Source of the DNA: an uncultured Candidatus Saccharibacteria bacterium
GTDB lineage: Bacteria; Patescibacteriota; Saccharimonadia; Saccharimonadales; CAZNVG01
Direction of reading: 5' to 3'
NCBI GenBank assembly: GCA_964440975.1
Contig: CAYYKI010000001.1
Location: 2,591-66,590, forward strand
DNA: 64,000 bases
Position numbers and translations under genes: made by a program. Each line of letters begins with the position of its first letter. Position 1 is the stretch's first letter. Of the stretch, positions 50,801 through 60,374 are shown one piece after another. The notes beneath the pieces are model-generated. The model ran no database searches, was not told the DNA's origin, and was given only the letters and a program-made list of their open reading frames with translations.

Positions 50801-51529
50801 TTCAAACTGATCTGCTGTATTGATACGGGTACCATCTGGCCCTATCAGCTCAGAGAGTGTTCCTCGATTTGTGTTCATCTTAAAGTCGTAGCCATTTGCG
50901 CGCATATCGGCAACAAACTTATCTGACTGGATGTTTTTATAAATTGAAGTTAACTTACCACGTGACTTATACCCATCAAATTCCCCCTCGTGGAAGAAAA
51001 ACCCTCTCGAAAACACCTTACCTGACCGTGTCGTTACTACTTGGGACTGTATGCCCCCGTATTCGCGAAGCATTATTTCTTTAATATGTACCAGCTCAAA
51101 AGCCGGCATAAAGATTGATCCGGCGATAGTTAGGCCAAGGGCAGCAAGCGAACCAAACCCGGCAATCATGAGGGCGCGTTTTCGGTTTCTTAGGGTGGTT
51201 CCTAGGCCACCGCCCTTCTTTTTACGCCCAAGTAGCCGTTTTTTCCCGTCATCCTTTTTATCAAAGTCACCTTCTTTATAAAGGAGGTTCGGGTCACGCT
51301 CTTCCTCGTCCTTTTTATCCTTTTTGCCCTTTTTCGGGCCGGAGCCGTCGGTTTCTTTAGCAGCTAACTCATCGTGGGCATCGCTTTGTTCTTCGTCGCT
51401 GTCGGCATAGTAGCCAGAATCTCCTTGTTCTAGCAGGGCATTTGCTTCGTCGTCATCCATGCCTCCAGAATCTTGGTTGGCGATTGGTCGTGTTTCTTCT
51501 CGTTCTTTATCGTATACGTCATTTGGCAT
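47870..51529 (-). CDS. Large T4SS-associated membrane protein with SGNH hydrolase and C-terminal Zn-peptidase-like domain
   Basis: Acidic/basic N-terminus and TM segments; IGDSLTVG...LGTN...GVHP (SGNH); SNHYGGYAIDIG...HANHIHVS (HxxxxxxD/HxH). Confidence 0.72.
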   Translation of the reverse strand: MPNDVYDKEREETRPIANQDSGGMDDDEANALLEQGDSGYYADSDEEQSDAHDELAAKETDGSGPKKGKKDKKDEEERDPNLLYKEGDFDKKDDGKKRLLGRKKKGGGLGTTLRNRKRALMIAGFGSLAALGLTIAGSIFMPAFELVHIKEIMLREYGGIQSQVVTTRSGKVFSRGFFFHEGEFDGYKSRGKLTSIYKNIQSDKFVADMRANGYDFKMNTNRGTLSELIGPDGTRINTADQFESIWKRRSAIKEAIAERHSGRSAFWRGRKARAVFKRYGLIRKNWIRDNRVVDWLERKELELREKLGRKFNFREKFKAKMRGALMGLIPGYDVTAKGKGEAKTDPGPDDPESPDPERERADADIDQAASELDDANKLADEIAEQVDADPAGRIAGDVGEESLERIESEAADIAGKTVKEGAEGAAKGAIGGFAAVADYSCQAYAFAQAVRGASRVMRAMQLAKFATAIFVMADSVKDGDIDGQDMAGFMALAHTLNKSTGKSFYSSGSWNYVSNKRKNPGVVGRERNRYSVDGKIGGDLGSFLDAADHYLPTKGICKVAGNPIFQIATSATELVVVRIGGGIATGGTLTATAVAASAASAGAISATLEIAKAVLLPILARTLAGAVITGDESGDNLAAALVSGAGAMSQMRGHSMGMKPLKNRQVFALQQEVDETRRTELAKQSLFERYISLGNPTSLASTSLISGYSQLANVGAIGSMSFAGIPAMFGSVLDVTTNKAFAAEDPDEIAHDAFGNPIMGLPDNVTETIDPGENERWMMDQNYVDEAGKPVPDSEFDKFKKSCIDPVDVEYNSSTDTGDFGERTECKDNSEEKNRMRVYVMDLDLSTSISDNITGDLSDTSDDEPIAPTPSPAAVNKSVYMIGDSLTVGYNNVKITDKFQAAGWTSTINAVGGQALTWGVQQIDAHTAEIARAGTLVIALGTNALETPDGYGAKIVEAVDKARAANPNISIYFVNIYSGGAGQAKYDTYNNILKLQAIAKNFKIIDLKAYFDDGRINRSACITEAAGVHPGANCYTILAQLIVNDVVAQAITGETGPTPGGTLPAGERAQLVNRIFNNPGWKPQTNRPTVDIQNGVAKDGLVQLIVAMLEQAKVTLEPSVIQTGHNPCTRQTKVTSNHYGGYAIDIGNESVAPQLMPYLYNNRAALNINELIYSNPPPGTSNLKQGEPHSYGSGTLRDHANHIHVSVKGPRILAGCPND

Positions 51530-51531
51530 GG

Positions 51532-53472
51532 CTATTGCATAGGCCCGTTAGGTTGCGTATTTTGCGGCCCGGGAGCGGGTGCTGACTCCAACGGTTCGTC
51601 TAGGTAGTCCTGGTCTTCTTCGGCGGTGGCTCGCTCCTGCTGCTGTTGCTGTAGCTGCGCGGGGTTTGTGGTGATAAGACTGGCTTCTGTGGGGCTTGGA
51701 GTGATTTGGATATGAACGTGATTCTGGCCAGCAAAGAACAAGCCCTGCCCTACCGGGAACTGACTCAGTCGCTTTCGTTCTTCACTGGTGAGCTTGAACG
51801 TGTCTGCCAGTACGTCTACGGCACTCGTGGATTGCTTGAGGAGAATTTGCATTGAGGCGTTAGCGACAATCGCCCGTCCCATGCGCGACCCCATAAAGTC
51901 TTCAACATCCTGCGTGATGGTCGTTAACCCAAGGTAGTATTTACGGCAACGCTTAGCAATGCTAAAGAGGAAGCTAGCTGAATCCTCATACTTCATTAGC
52001 TGCCACGCCTCATCAACAAGTAGCAGTCGTTTTTTCTTATCGGATTTAGTGCGATTCCAGATGTAGTTGAGCACAATATACATGGCAACTGGGCGGAGTT
52101 CGTCCTCGAGATCACGAATATTAAACACCACCAGCGCATTGTTAATGTCAACATTTGATTGCTGAGAGAAAATACCCGCAAACGTACCACTCGTATATTT
52201 GCGCAGTCGTTGGGCTAATTGTGGACCGGTGCCACCCATATGAAGCAGCGTATCGTATAGGTCGTTGATGGTTGGGGGCGGCGATTTGTGTGTCAACGGG
52301 TCGGTTGTGATCCCGGCTTTGGCATAGGTGTCGATGAGGGCTTGGTCGAGGTCGGCTTCCTCAACAGGATTAAGCGCTGGCGCGAACTGCCCGGCACCCT
52401 CGCCGGCCATTTGTGCTTGCGCCCCACCCATCATCAAGCGTAATAGCCCATGCAATGTAATGAGATTAGACCGCAAGGCGTTGTCCCCGTCGTCGGTATC
52501 GATGACCTGTGGCAAATCAAACGGATTAATGCGTGTTTGCGAATTAAGACTCAGGCGAATGTACGAACCACCGACTGCTTCACACATGCGTTGGTATTCA
52601 TTCTCCGGGTCAATAATCATCACCTCGGTGCCAAGCATCATGCTGCGGAGCGCCTCTAATTTAACCGTGAACGACTTACCGGCGCCTGCCTTTGCAAATA
52701 CCACTGAGTTAGCGTTCTCTAACGTAAAGCGGTCAAAGATCACCAGTCCCGAGTTGTGCATATTGATGCCATACAAAATACCATTCTCTTGGCTCAAATC
52801 GGCCGAGGTAAAAGGAAAGCTAGTGCTAATTGCACCCGTGTTCATGTTGCGCCTAATTTGCAGCTGATCCATAAATTGCGGGACGATGGAGTTGAATCCT
52901 TGTTCCATTTGAGCGGTTGCTGCTTTGCTATAGACGAGCTGCTGGCCAAGAATTGACTCGATTTTATGATGAATGAAATCGAGTTCTTCCAGGCTGCTCG
53001 CATATACATTCATATACAAGCCAAAGCGGAAGAACCGCTCTTCACCTACTTGGAGCTTATCTCGGAGCTCTTCGGCGTCGAGAATGGCAGCTTGCTTTCC
53101 TGGATCACGGACGCGTCCCTTCTCGTTATCAATCTGGATCCCTGCCTCTAGTTGAGAGACTTTTTTGCGCAAATTATCTAGCACCACCTGGCTCTCCACC
53201 GGATAGATATAGATAGAGATGTTCATTTCTTCATCTATGTTGATGATGGGGCTCAGCCAGCCGGTAAATATTTGACGCGGATATCCGTACACATAAAACG
53301 TGCGTGCGTAGCGGGTGCCAAGTCGGAAGTAGCCAGACTGATACTCCAAGCTGCTCGGAGCAATAAAATCGCGGAGCGCCGTTACACCCTTTTGGAACGC
53401 CTGCTCAACCTCTTGCTGTTCGCGAAGACGCTGTTCCTCTGCTATTTGAATTGGATCTTTCTTCTTTGCCAT
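51532..53472 (-). CDS. virB4: VirB4-like T4SS ATPase
   Basis: ENANSVVFAKAGAGKSF, IIDPENEY, INPFD, LLVDEAW, RKYYLGLTTITQ. Confidence 0.9.
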   Translation of the reverse strand: MAKKKDPIQIAEEQRLREQQEVEQAFQKGVTALRDFIAPSSLEYQSGYFRLGTRYARTFYVYGYPRQIFTGWLSPIINIDEEMNISIYIYPVESQVVLDNLRKKVSQLEAGIQIDNEKGRVRDPGKQAAILDAEELRDKLQVGEERFFRFGLYMNVYASSLEELDFIHHKIESILGQQLVYSKAATAQMEQGFNSIVPQFMDQLQIRRNMNTGAISTSFPFTSADLSQENGILYGINMHNSGLVIFDRFTLENANSVVFAKAGAGKSFTVKLEALRSMMLGTEVMIIDPENEYQRMCEAVGGSYIRLSLNSQTRINPFDLPQVIDTDDGDNALRSNLITLHGLLRLMMGGAQAQMAGEGAGQFAPALNPVEEADLDQALIDTYAKAGITTDPLTHKSPPPTINDLYDTLLHMGGTGPQLAQRLRKYTSGTFAGIFSQQSNVDINNALVVFNIRDLEDELRPVAMYIVLNYIWNRTKSDKKKRLLLVDEAWQLMKYEDSASFLFSIAKRCRKYYLGLTTITQDVEDFMGSRMGRAIVANASMQILLKQSTSAVDVLADTFKLTSEERKRLSQFPVGQGLFFAGQNHVHIQITPSPTEASLITTNPAQLQQQQQERATAEEDQDYLDEPLESAPAPGPQNTQPNGPMQ

Positions 53473-54497
53473 TACATTGCCAACGTATTATCTAGATTAG
53501 GTTGCGAAGCTTCACCTTGTCCTTTGGTAACTACTGGCGCGGTGAGATCATCGAAGTTTTGGATCTGCTGACGGGTGGCTGTATCTGGATTGTAAACATC
53601 GTAATATAACTCTATAAGCTCCTGGGTATCGAGCGGCAGGGCCTGGATTCCCATTTGGGTGAGGCTGTTAAGCACTGCCTGAACCTGGTTGCGCAATTCT
53701 GTTTTTGCCTTTTCAAGCGTTGCCTCATCAATAACCACGGTCTCTTGCTTTTTATTGAAGCCAAAGATGTTATCGAAAAAGCTTTTACCCTTTTGGACTG
53801 TCTGGGCGGTTGTGTTCGGTGGTGTATACGGAATGACCATGTAAAACTTCTTGTCCATGATATTGGTTTGCTGGGTCAATACGGCCATAAACTCTATGTA
53901 GTCTTCCATCAAAAGTGCGAGCAGCATATTGTCGTGCTCGAGTCGGATTTTATTGAGGCGTTCCAGGTATGGGCGCATGTCAACTTTAGTGCTTTTGATA
54001 AATATCTGCACCGGAAAATAGAGCGAGTTCAAAAAGCTCTGATAACTAAACTCTACCGCCTCTCGTTCACCCTGGCTCATGAGGTCAAAGTTGATCGTCT
54101 TACACATAATAACCGACCGAAACGTTCCGTCGTTCATGATGACGACCCCGTCACGAATTTCGCTTATCTTGAGCGTATTTTGGGTACTGTTCGGGTTTGT
54201 CTTGGCCGGTGGCGTCTGACCGAGTGGCTTGCCGTTCTGGTCGACTTGGCCAGCTTGCACCTGACCTGGTACAGCTGGTGTCCCCACTGGCCCACCAGTG
54301 GGTACACCGGGCGTCATAGAGGCATCGGGAATCGCCTGCTGCGCCTGCATCATTGGAGTGACCGCATATTGCGCAACATGCGCCTGCTGATCGTTGGGCG
54401 TTGCTTGTGGGGGTGGAGGCGTGGTTGGCACTCCCTGGTACCCAGGGGGAGCTTGACCGCCGGCCGGTGGTTGGAATTGGTTTTGTTGTGGATCCAT
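53472..54497 (-). CDS. Conserved CPR T4SS-associated protein (TraC/VirB4 N-terminal-like) with P/Q-rich N-terminus
   Basis: STQNTLKISEIRDG, INFDLMS, FLNSLYFPVQI, LDTQELIELYY; located between prgI and virB4. Confidence 0.75.
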   Translation of the reverse strand: MDPQQNQFQPPAGGQAPPGYQGVPTTPPPPQATPNDQQAHVAQYAVTPMMQAQQAIPDASMTPGVPTGGPVGTPAVPGQVQAGQVDQNGKPLGQTPPAKTNPNSTQNTLKISEIRDGVVIMNDGTFRSVIMCKTINFDLMSQGEREAVEFSYQSFLNSLYFPVQIFIKSTKVDMRPYLERLNKIRLEHDNMLLALLMEDYIEFMAVLTQQTNIMDKKFYMVIPYTPPNTTAQTVQKGKSFFDNIFGFNKKQETVVIDEATLEKAKTELRNQVQAVLNSLTQMGIQALPLDTQELIELYYDVYNPDTATRQQIQNFDDLTAPVVTKGQGEASQPNLDNTLAM

Positions 54498-54550
54498 AAA
54501 AGTTTTACGCGAACAACTGATGACCAGATGGTGGCGAACCCTCCGAGCGA

Positions 54551-55591
54551 CTAATGTAGTTTGATGACGACTTCGTCACCGTCACCACTGGCCACCCTAT
54601 CAGCTTCGCGCGCTATTACATCTAAGTTTAAGTCATCACGCTGCGATAACTCAAGTTTAGCAGATTCAGGGAGCGAAACGGTAGTGGCTTTATCGTCTTT
54701 GGCGGGAGTACCCCTATGGCTTTTGCTTGGATCGAGTACGTGCTGGCGCATCGACGAGGGGTATGGGTCGTAATGTGGTGCCGCACCTCCTGCGTTAATA
54801 AACGGCATGGTACTACCATTGTCGACTGTCGTTGTAGGAGTGGTTGGCGGAGCCTGTGTTGGGGTGATGACCGATGGCTGAGTGGCGCTTGATTGATACG
54901 GTGCGGCCTGATTATTCCAGGCGGTCACCGGTTGTCCGGCTTGGGCTGATTGCATCTGGGTAAGGGCGGCATCACGAACACTGCTGGTGGCTTTGCTGGC
55001 CAATTCGTCCATGTGATGGGCTAAGTAGCTAGCGTTAGGGTCTAATATATCGTCTGCTGCCGTTATGTCGCTATCTGGAACCATTTGCGGGAGCGCTGTG
55101 GCGGGCACTAAACGGTCGGATGGGCCGCTGGAAGGAAATAAATCATTCGACGAATCATTCACGTAGGCATTCTTTGTTGCCCATCCGCGGCTATCGATGG
55201 TCGTGGCTAGTATCTCCAGTCGAGAACGGACTTCCCTTTGATTGAGTCCATTGGAATATTGGTGTTCAATTTTTTTCGGAACCGTAATGCGTACCAGCTC
55301 TTCCATGCCGGCCTGATCCCACACTCGTCGCCGGGGCTTGAGCAGGAAACGCAACCTCGCGCCAAGATACACATCCGTGGGTTGATCGCGCTGAAACGGT
55401 GCGGCCAGGTAGCCAAACAAGGCGATGCCGGGCAAGAAAGGAATAACCAACAGCGGCTGTGCCTTACCCGCTAAAAACGCCAAATAACACAGCAGTATAG
55501 TAATAATTGCAAAAATAAACTGCTTGAGGGTCAACGGCCCTAAGAGCTTATCTTCGGCCTCGACATCTTGCGGTACTTTATACGTCGACAT
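54551..55591 (-). CDS. PrgI family (VirB3-like) protein
   Basis: YKVPQDVEAEDKLLGPLTLKQF, two TMs, then PRRRVW. Confidence 0.85.
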   Translation of the reverse strand: MSTYKVPQDVEAEDKLLGPLTLKQFIFAIITILLCYLAFLAGKAQPLLVIPFLPGIALFGYLAAPFQRDQPTDVYLGARLRFLLKPRRRVWDQAGMEELVRITVPKKIEHQYSNGLNQREVRSRLEILATTIDSRGWATKNAYVNDSSNDLFPSSGPSDRLVPATALPQMVPDSDITAADDILDPNASYLAHHMDELASKATSSVRDAALTQMQSAQAGQPVTAWNNQAAPYQSSATQPSVITPTQAPPTTPTTTVDNGSTMPFINAGGAAPHYDPYPSSMRQHVLDPSKSHRGTPAKDDKATTVSLPESAKLELSQRDDLNLDVIAREADRVASGDGDEVVIKLH

Positions 55592-55634
55592 GGTCGACTA
55601 AAGTATACCGTATGTGGCTAAATGGGGCCTAGTT

Positions 55635-57179
55635 TTATATTTGGCCGCGGCGTTGCCAGCGGTTGCGACTTGCTTTGCGAGCTGAGTATGTTTCGGCGAC
55701 GGTATCCATCGGGTGAAGGCGGTTGCCTCTTTGGTTGCCGGTACGCAGGGCGTCTTTAATGGCATGACGCACTCCATTGCGCTGGAACTCCTTGCCTGAC
55801 CGAACAACGGTGACCAGGCTGTCTTTAAGCTGTGCAAAGCGGTCACGATAGTCACGCTCGTCGAGGCCAACTTTCATGCGTGGACCCTTGGGGCTTACTT
55901 TTACACGTAGGCCAAAGCCACTAAACGCTTCATCGTATCGTATCTTAGCTTGGTCCATAAGGGCTGCCCGGTCCTTCTTGTTTGGGTTCGCCTCGATAGC
56001 TTCCATGAGCCGCTTAAAATCCAGTTCAATGTCGAGCATTTGTGATTCAAGGTCGACAGCGCGTAGCACCACACGTTCGATATGGACGCCATTTTGTTGT
56101 TCAATCGGGGGTTTTTCTTCAGGGCGTGGAACTAATTTTTCTCGATCTTTACCCCTTGGGCGTAAGTAGTTAAGGTCGTATTGTAGTTGCTCTACTTCTG
56201 CTTTACGGGCAGCTTGCAAAGCTTTGATTGCTGCAACTTCTGCCGATATCTGATCAGATAGAAGCTGATGCTGAATTTCTTTTTCCGCATCACTTAGCGT
56301 GTCGTCGGCGTTTATTGCACGTTTGGCTGCAGATGCCTTTGGGCCATCAAATCCGTACGTAAAAGGACTCTCGTCAACTGGGGGTATTTGCAAATTTGCG
56401 TCGTAACGGGCGTCTAATGCCTTGTTGGCCTCAACCCACTGCTGGGTGCTGAGTTTTTGCAGTGCTTCACGTGCTACTGAGTCGTATCCTAAAAATAGCT
56501 GTTGTGAGCGGATGGATGCTCGGAATAGCCACTTGTAGCGGTTCTGGCTTGCTTCTAGATCAGCCGAGCTAAGATCTGCCCAATCCTGCCGTTCAATAGC
56601 CATTTGCTGATTAGTGGCCTCGTATACCGCGCCAAATACAAACCGGTTAACTTCGGCAAATACCAGTAGCTGTCGATCGGTAAACTGGCGAGTATCGATT
56701 AAGGTTGGATCTTCTAGTTCGGCGTCTGCTCCTGTAAGTTGTCCGGCAGCAGCCATGCGCTCTATGACATCTCGGGTTAAGCCAAAGATTCGGGCGTGGT
56801 GGCGCATCTCCAGGTCTTTGATAAAAGGAATCTGTCCTTCTACGTTGGCAGCGTCAAGATCGGCATCACCTGCTTCGTTAAACATTTGGGATGCAGCATT
56901 CCACTTACCCTCAGCTCGCAAAGCGGTTGCTTTAGCTCGTAGCTGACTGGCTTTTGAGCGGTATTCCTCCGCCTGAATAGGCATAAAGTCGGAGTTTGCA
57001 TCCTCGTACTGCAGGGTTGTAGCGGTGTGGTACACAACTTCATCAAACCGGTTCTGTAGGGTTGGGTCGGCGTCAAAATGATCACCGATCATTTCGGTGT
57101 AGGCATCTTGGTGTGTTGCTAACTCTTCGGGCTTAATTGCCCTCGAGTAGCGATCTTCTTGTAGCGAAGAAGTTTCCAT
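55635..57179 (-). CDS. Hypothetical soluble helical protein
   Basis: 514-aa ORF with no TM, coiled-coil-like, ending in an Arg-rich C-terminus. Confidence 0.7.
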   Translation of the reverse strand: METSSLQEDRYSRAIKPEELATHQDAYTEMIGDHFDADPTLQNRFDEVVYHTATTLQYEDANSDFMPIQAEEYRSKASQLRAKATALRAEGKWNAASQMFNEAGDADLDAANVEGQIPFIKDLEMRHHARIFGLTRDVIERMAAAGQLTGADAELEDPTLIDTRQFTDRQLLVFAEVNRFVFGAVYEATNQQMAIERQDWADLSSADLEASQNRYKWLFRASIRSQQLFLGYDSVAREALQKLSTQQWVEANKALDARYDANLQIPPVDESPFTYGFDGPKASAAKRAINADDTLSDAEKEIQHQLLSDQISAEVAAIKALQAARKAEVEQLQYDLNYLRPRGKDREKLVPRPEEKPPIEQQNGVHIERVVLRAVDLESQMLDIELDFKRLMEAIEANPNKKDRAALMDQAKIRYDEAFSGFGLRVKVSPKGPRMKVGLDERDYRDRFAQLKDSLVTVVRSGKEFQRNGVRHAIKDALRTGNQRGNRLHPMDTVAETYSARKASRNRWQRRGQI

Positions 57180-57234
57180 AACTAAAACATTAGCATAAAT
57201 AACTGTTTAAGTCAATATTATGTTAATGCAAGTA

Positions 57235-60200
57235 CTATGGCGCTGAATCGTCAGGGCTTGATGAGTTAGCTCCTTCGTCGATCATAGCAATCTCTCCTGC
57301 GGTATATCTTGGATTGACTCCGCTGTAATCAGAAGGTGTCGGCTCCGGGTGTTGCTCGCTCGCATGCGCTGGGTCGTGCTCAATAGCAATTGCAGTACCC
57401 TCCTGCGCGACCTTTTGATTACCAATATTGCCTTGAGGTAAGTTTGTACTGAGCAACGATCTAACCCGTTTAGCATTATCAACGGTCTCTGCGTCAACTG
57501 CATCGCTGCCCTCTAGGTTGAGTACTGCATTTGAAGATTCGGCCAGGTTTTTAACTGAATTACCCTTAAGCCGTCCTGCTTGCAGTGCATCTACCGACTT
57601 GCCACCCTCAACATGGGCGCGGTGCTTGTTTCGCTCCAGTCGTTCGTCTGAAGCGGCTGAAGGCCCACGTAAATGGGCTCGTGCGTCGTCAATGTCACTC
57701 ATACTGACGCCTGATAGCTCGTTGCGATACGCTTCTTTCTGTTTGGCCTTGTTGAAGCCCCATAACGATTCTTGGGTCTCAAAGTTGTCGCCGGCAATAC
57801 GGGCAATAGTTTCGGATACGTCTCGAGCGTCCGTAAAGGCGGTGCCGTTCATCACCATCTGTTTAAAGGCTGCTTCGCGGTTATTGAAGCCGAGGGCGCC
57901 AGCGGCACGGCGGGCGGTAACCTTGCCGTCACGCTCTGCTTTGGCGAGGGCGGCTTGACCTGCTGCGCTCGCCTCCCAATCGGCCCTACTTTCGACGCCA
58001 CTTTCGGCAAAGGCTTTGTCGGCATAGAAATCTTTCATGCCCACTTCGGCAGCACGTTGGTTGCGATACGTTGCGGCGCGGATGAGGTCGTCGCGTCGTG
58101 CCGAGGCTACCCAACGTGGGTCGCGGAGTCTTTCTTCTTGGGCTGCAGAGCGTCGGCTGGCATATACCTCACGACCACGTGCTCCGAGGCCAAAGCGGCC
58201 ACCAACACCCGCGCCAAGCCCACCACTGACACGGTTGAAACCGCGCCCGAACGGGTTGCTATCCTTGAAGCGGTTACCGGTAGCATTAGCTGCGCGCCTC
58301 GCGGCATTTTGTTCGGCAGTGCGTTTGCGGCGAGTATCCAAGATTCCCCTTGAGCGGTCGTTGACCATGCCGCCAACGGTAGAGATTAGCCCGCCCGCAA
58401 ACTTAAAGGTAAACGGAATCATCATGTAAGGCGCAAAATACGCAGCAATTGCAGCAAGTTTAATAAAGGTATTGCCGCCACCATCAGTTTGGGCAAGCCA
58501 TGGGGCAACATTCCAGTTTGACCAGATGTTGCCAATACTACCTCCGCTCGCAAAACCAGACATAATCAGCGAACTGGCAATGCGACCGGATACGAGCAGC
58601 ATAACGATGAGTGGATACATGAGCAGAGACTTGGTAAAGAAGTTCCACCAGGCTTTAAAGACTCCCTGAGTATTAGGCAGAATCCAGGCAATAAAGGCTA
58701 TAGGCGCGCCGACGATACAAGCAACAATCACCAAGTAACGCACGAGCACCACAAAGAACGCGGCCAGCACTGCAAAACTTACGGCTATAAGGACGGTGCC
58801 GAGTGAGCTCCAGAGCCCAATACCTGATGCAATAGCAGCAGCTCCACCACCAACGAATGTTAGTAGAGAGTCTGCTCCCCCTATGTCTACGTTTTGTAGC
58901 ACTCCCGATTTTGCAAACGGAGCTAAAATCAGATCCTTAGTTGTGTCACCGAGGGCCTGGATCAAGCCAACCAACCAGGCGGCAACAAACCATGATAACT
59001 GCACAACAATAGCAGCGATAACTAACCTTGGGAGTGCTTTTTTGACGGTATACGCACTAAGCGACTCAATCGAAATAATCTGCGACAAAATGATAATGAG
59101 CGTAATGATAATGAGCAGCACGTTAGCTATCGATCGGAACGACGCCCAAGAAACATACAACCCGCGATCCTTGCTATCCGTTTGAGTAGCAGCATTTGCT
59201 GAAATATCAAATCGTAGCAATAGCACCAGCTGATCTCCAAACCAGCCAACCAAGTCATCAAGTATTTTGATGCCTGCACAGAGGATCCATGAGAGCGTGT
59301 AGCCACTGGCTTCGCAGGGGTCGACATCCTGGTTTGCGATGCCGCTGGGTGCGATCTCCAGTTCCGATGTCCCGCCATTTTTCAGGTCCTCTGCTTCAGC
59401 GTCGGCATAGGCTTGCGCCAACGATTTGTTTTTGAGTTCTTCGAGGAGGTCGCCGCAACTCACTTGAACGTTGTCCTCGGTCTTATCAGCGCCGGCATTG
59501 TACACTCCCCAGCCGACGTTGGCTTCTTCTTCGTCTTGCAGTACGCCGTTCACCTCTACTGGCTTACCGTCTTTGACAATCCATATTTTCTCGTGTCTAT
59601 TTGTAGAGCCTGCAATATCCTCGTCTTTCATGTCGGTGCTAAAGCCACAGGCACTATTTCGTAGTGCTGAGTAGTATAGCCACCATCTCGCACCAGGTGA
59701 GAGGTTGTCTATGCCGCCATCGCCAGGTTCGGCTTTTTCTGCTTTACTCTCTACATAAGCCTTGAAAATTGCTTCGAAAGCCCGCGACGAAATATCTCTG
59801 GTACCGCTCCCTGGTGAATATAGGATGTCTATGAGTTCTTTTGTGTCTTTTATACCCATGTAAGGTAGGTATTTGTCCATTTCTTCGACATTAGTGCACA
59901 CAATCTCACCATCATCTTTTTCTACATGCTCTCCAATATATGCCGTGCGCGATCCGTCAAATATATCAATGAGTTGATTTCTACGTAATTCGCTGCCGGT
60001 TCCACTCTGCGGTTCTAATTTTGTGCCAATGTGTAGACCAGGAGATGTATCAGGCCCACCTTGTATACAATTTCGAAAAATTCCCCAGAACACCGAATGT
60101 GTCTTAGCCTCGTTCTGTAGTTTTTTGGCATTTTCATTTTTTGCGTAGGCTTGCTCTACTGGGTGGACGGTTTGCACAATGTTAAACGCAAACACAGCCA

Positions 60201-60291
60201 GGACAACCCCAAGAGCAATTCGCATACGGTTTTTCATATTCACGGTTATTATAGGCCTTTGGCGATACGGCCACAAGTATTTGATAGCCAT
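57235..60291 (-). CDS. VirB6/TrbL-like polytopic T4SS membrane protein
   Basis: Large N-terminal extracellular domain, WASFRSIANV, YTVKKALPRL, APIAFIAWILPNT, and an R/A/G-rich cytoplasmic tail. Confidence 0.8.
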   Translation of the reverse strand: MAIKYLWPYRQRPIITVNMKNRMRIALGVVLAVFAFNIVQTVHPVEQAYAKNENAKKLQNEAKTHSVFWGIFRNCIQGGPDTSPGLHIGTKLEPQSGTGSELRRNQLIDIFDGSRTAYIGEHVEKDDGEIVCTNVEEMDKYLPYMGIKDTKELIDILYSPGSGTRDISSRAFEAIFKAYVESKAEKAEPGDGGIDNLSPGARWWLYYSALRNSACGFSTDMKDEDIAGSTNRHEKIWIVKDGKPVEVNGVLQDEEEANVGWGVYNAGADKTEDNVQVSCGDLLEELKNKSLAQAYADAEAEDLKNGGTSELEIAPSGIANQDVDPCEASGYTLSWILCAGIKILDDLVGWFGDQLVLLLRFDISANAATQTDSKDRGLYVSWASFRSIANVLLIIITLIIILSQIISIESLSAYTVKKALPRLVIAAIVVQLSWFVAAWLVGLIQALGDTTKDLILAPFAKSGVLQNVDIGGADSLLTFVGGGAAAIASGIGLWSSLGTVLIAVSFAVLAAFFVVLVRYLVIVACIVGAPIAFIAWILPNTQGVFKAWWNFFTKSLLMYPLIVMLLVSGRIASSLIMSGFASGGSIGNIWSNWNVAPWLAQTDGGGNTFIKLAAIAAYFAPYMMIPFTFKFAGGLISTVGGMVNDRSRGILDTRRKRTAEQNAARRAANATGNRFKDSNPFGRGFNRVSGGLGAGVGGRFGLGARGREVYASRRSAAQEERLRDPRWVASARRDDLIRAATYRNQRAAEVGMKDFYADKAFAESGVESRADWEASAAGQAALAKAERDGKVTARRAAGALGFNNREAAFKQMVMNGTAFTDARDVSETIARIAGDNFETQESLWGFNKAKQKEAYRNELSGVSMSDIDDARAHLRGPSAASDERLERNKHRAHVEGGKSVDALQAGRLKGNSVKNLAESSNAVLNLEGSDAVDAETVDNAKRVRSLLSTNLPQGNIGNQKVAQEGTAIAIEHDPAHASEQHPEPTPSDYSGVNPRYTAGEIAMIDEGANSSSPDDSAP

Positions 60292-60374
60292 TTCTGGTCA
60301 GCTCAATTCGCTGAGGCGTTTACAGCTTACGGCAGATATGATTGAATGAACATATTCGGTATACTAATAAAAAG

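Noticed and set aside
53655-54554. 299-aa plus-strand ORF
   Set aside because: It is an antisense shadow of the conserved T4SS gene.
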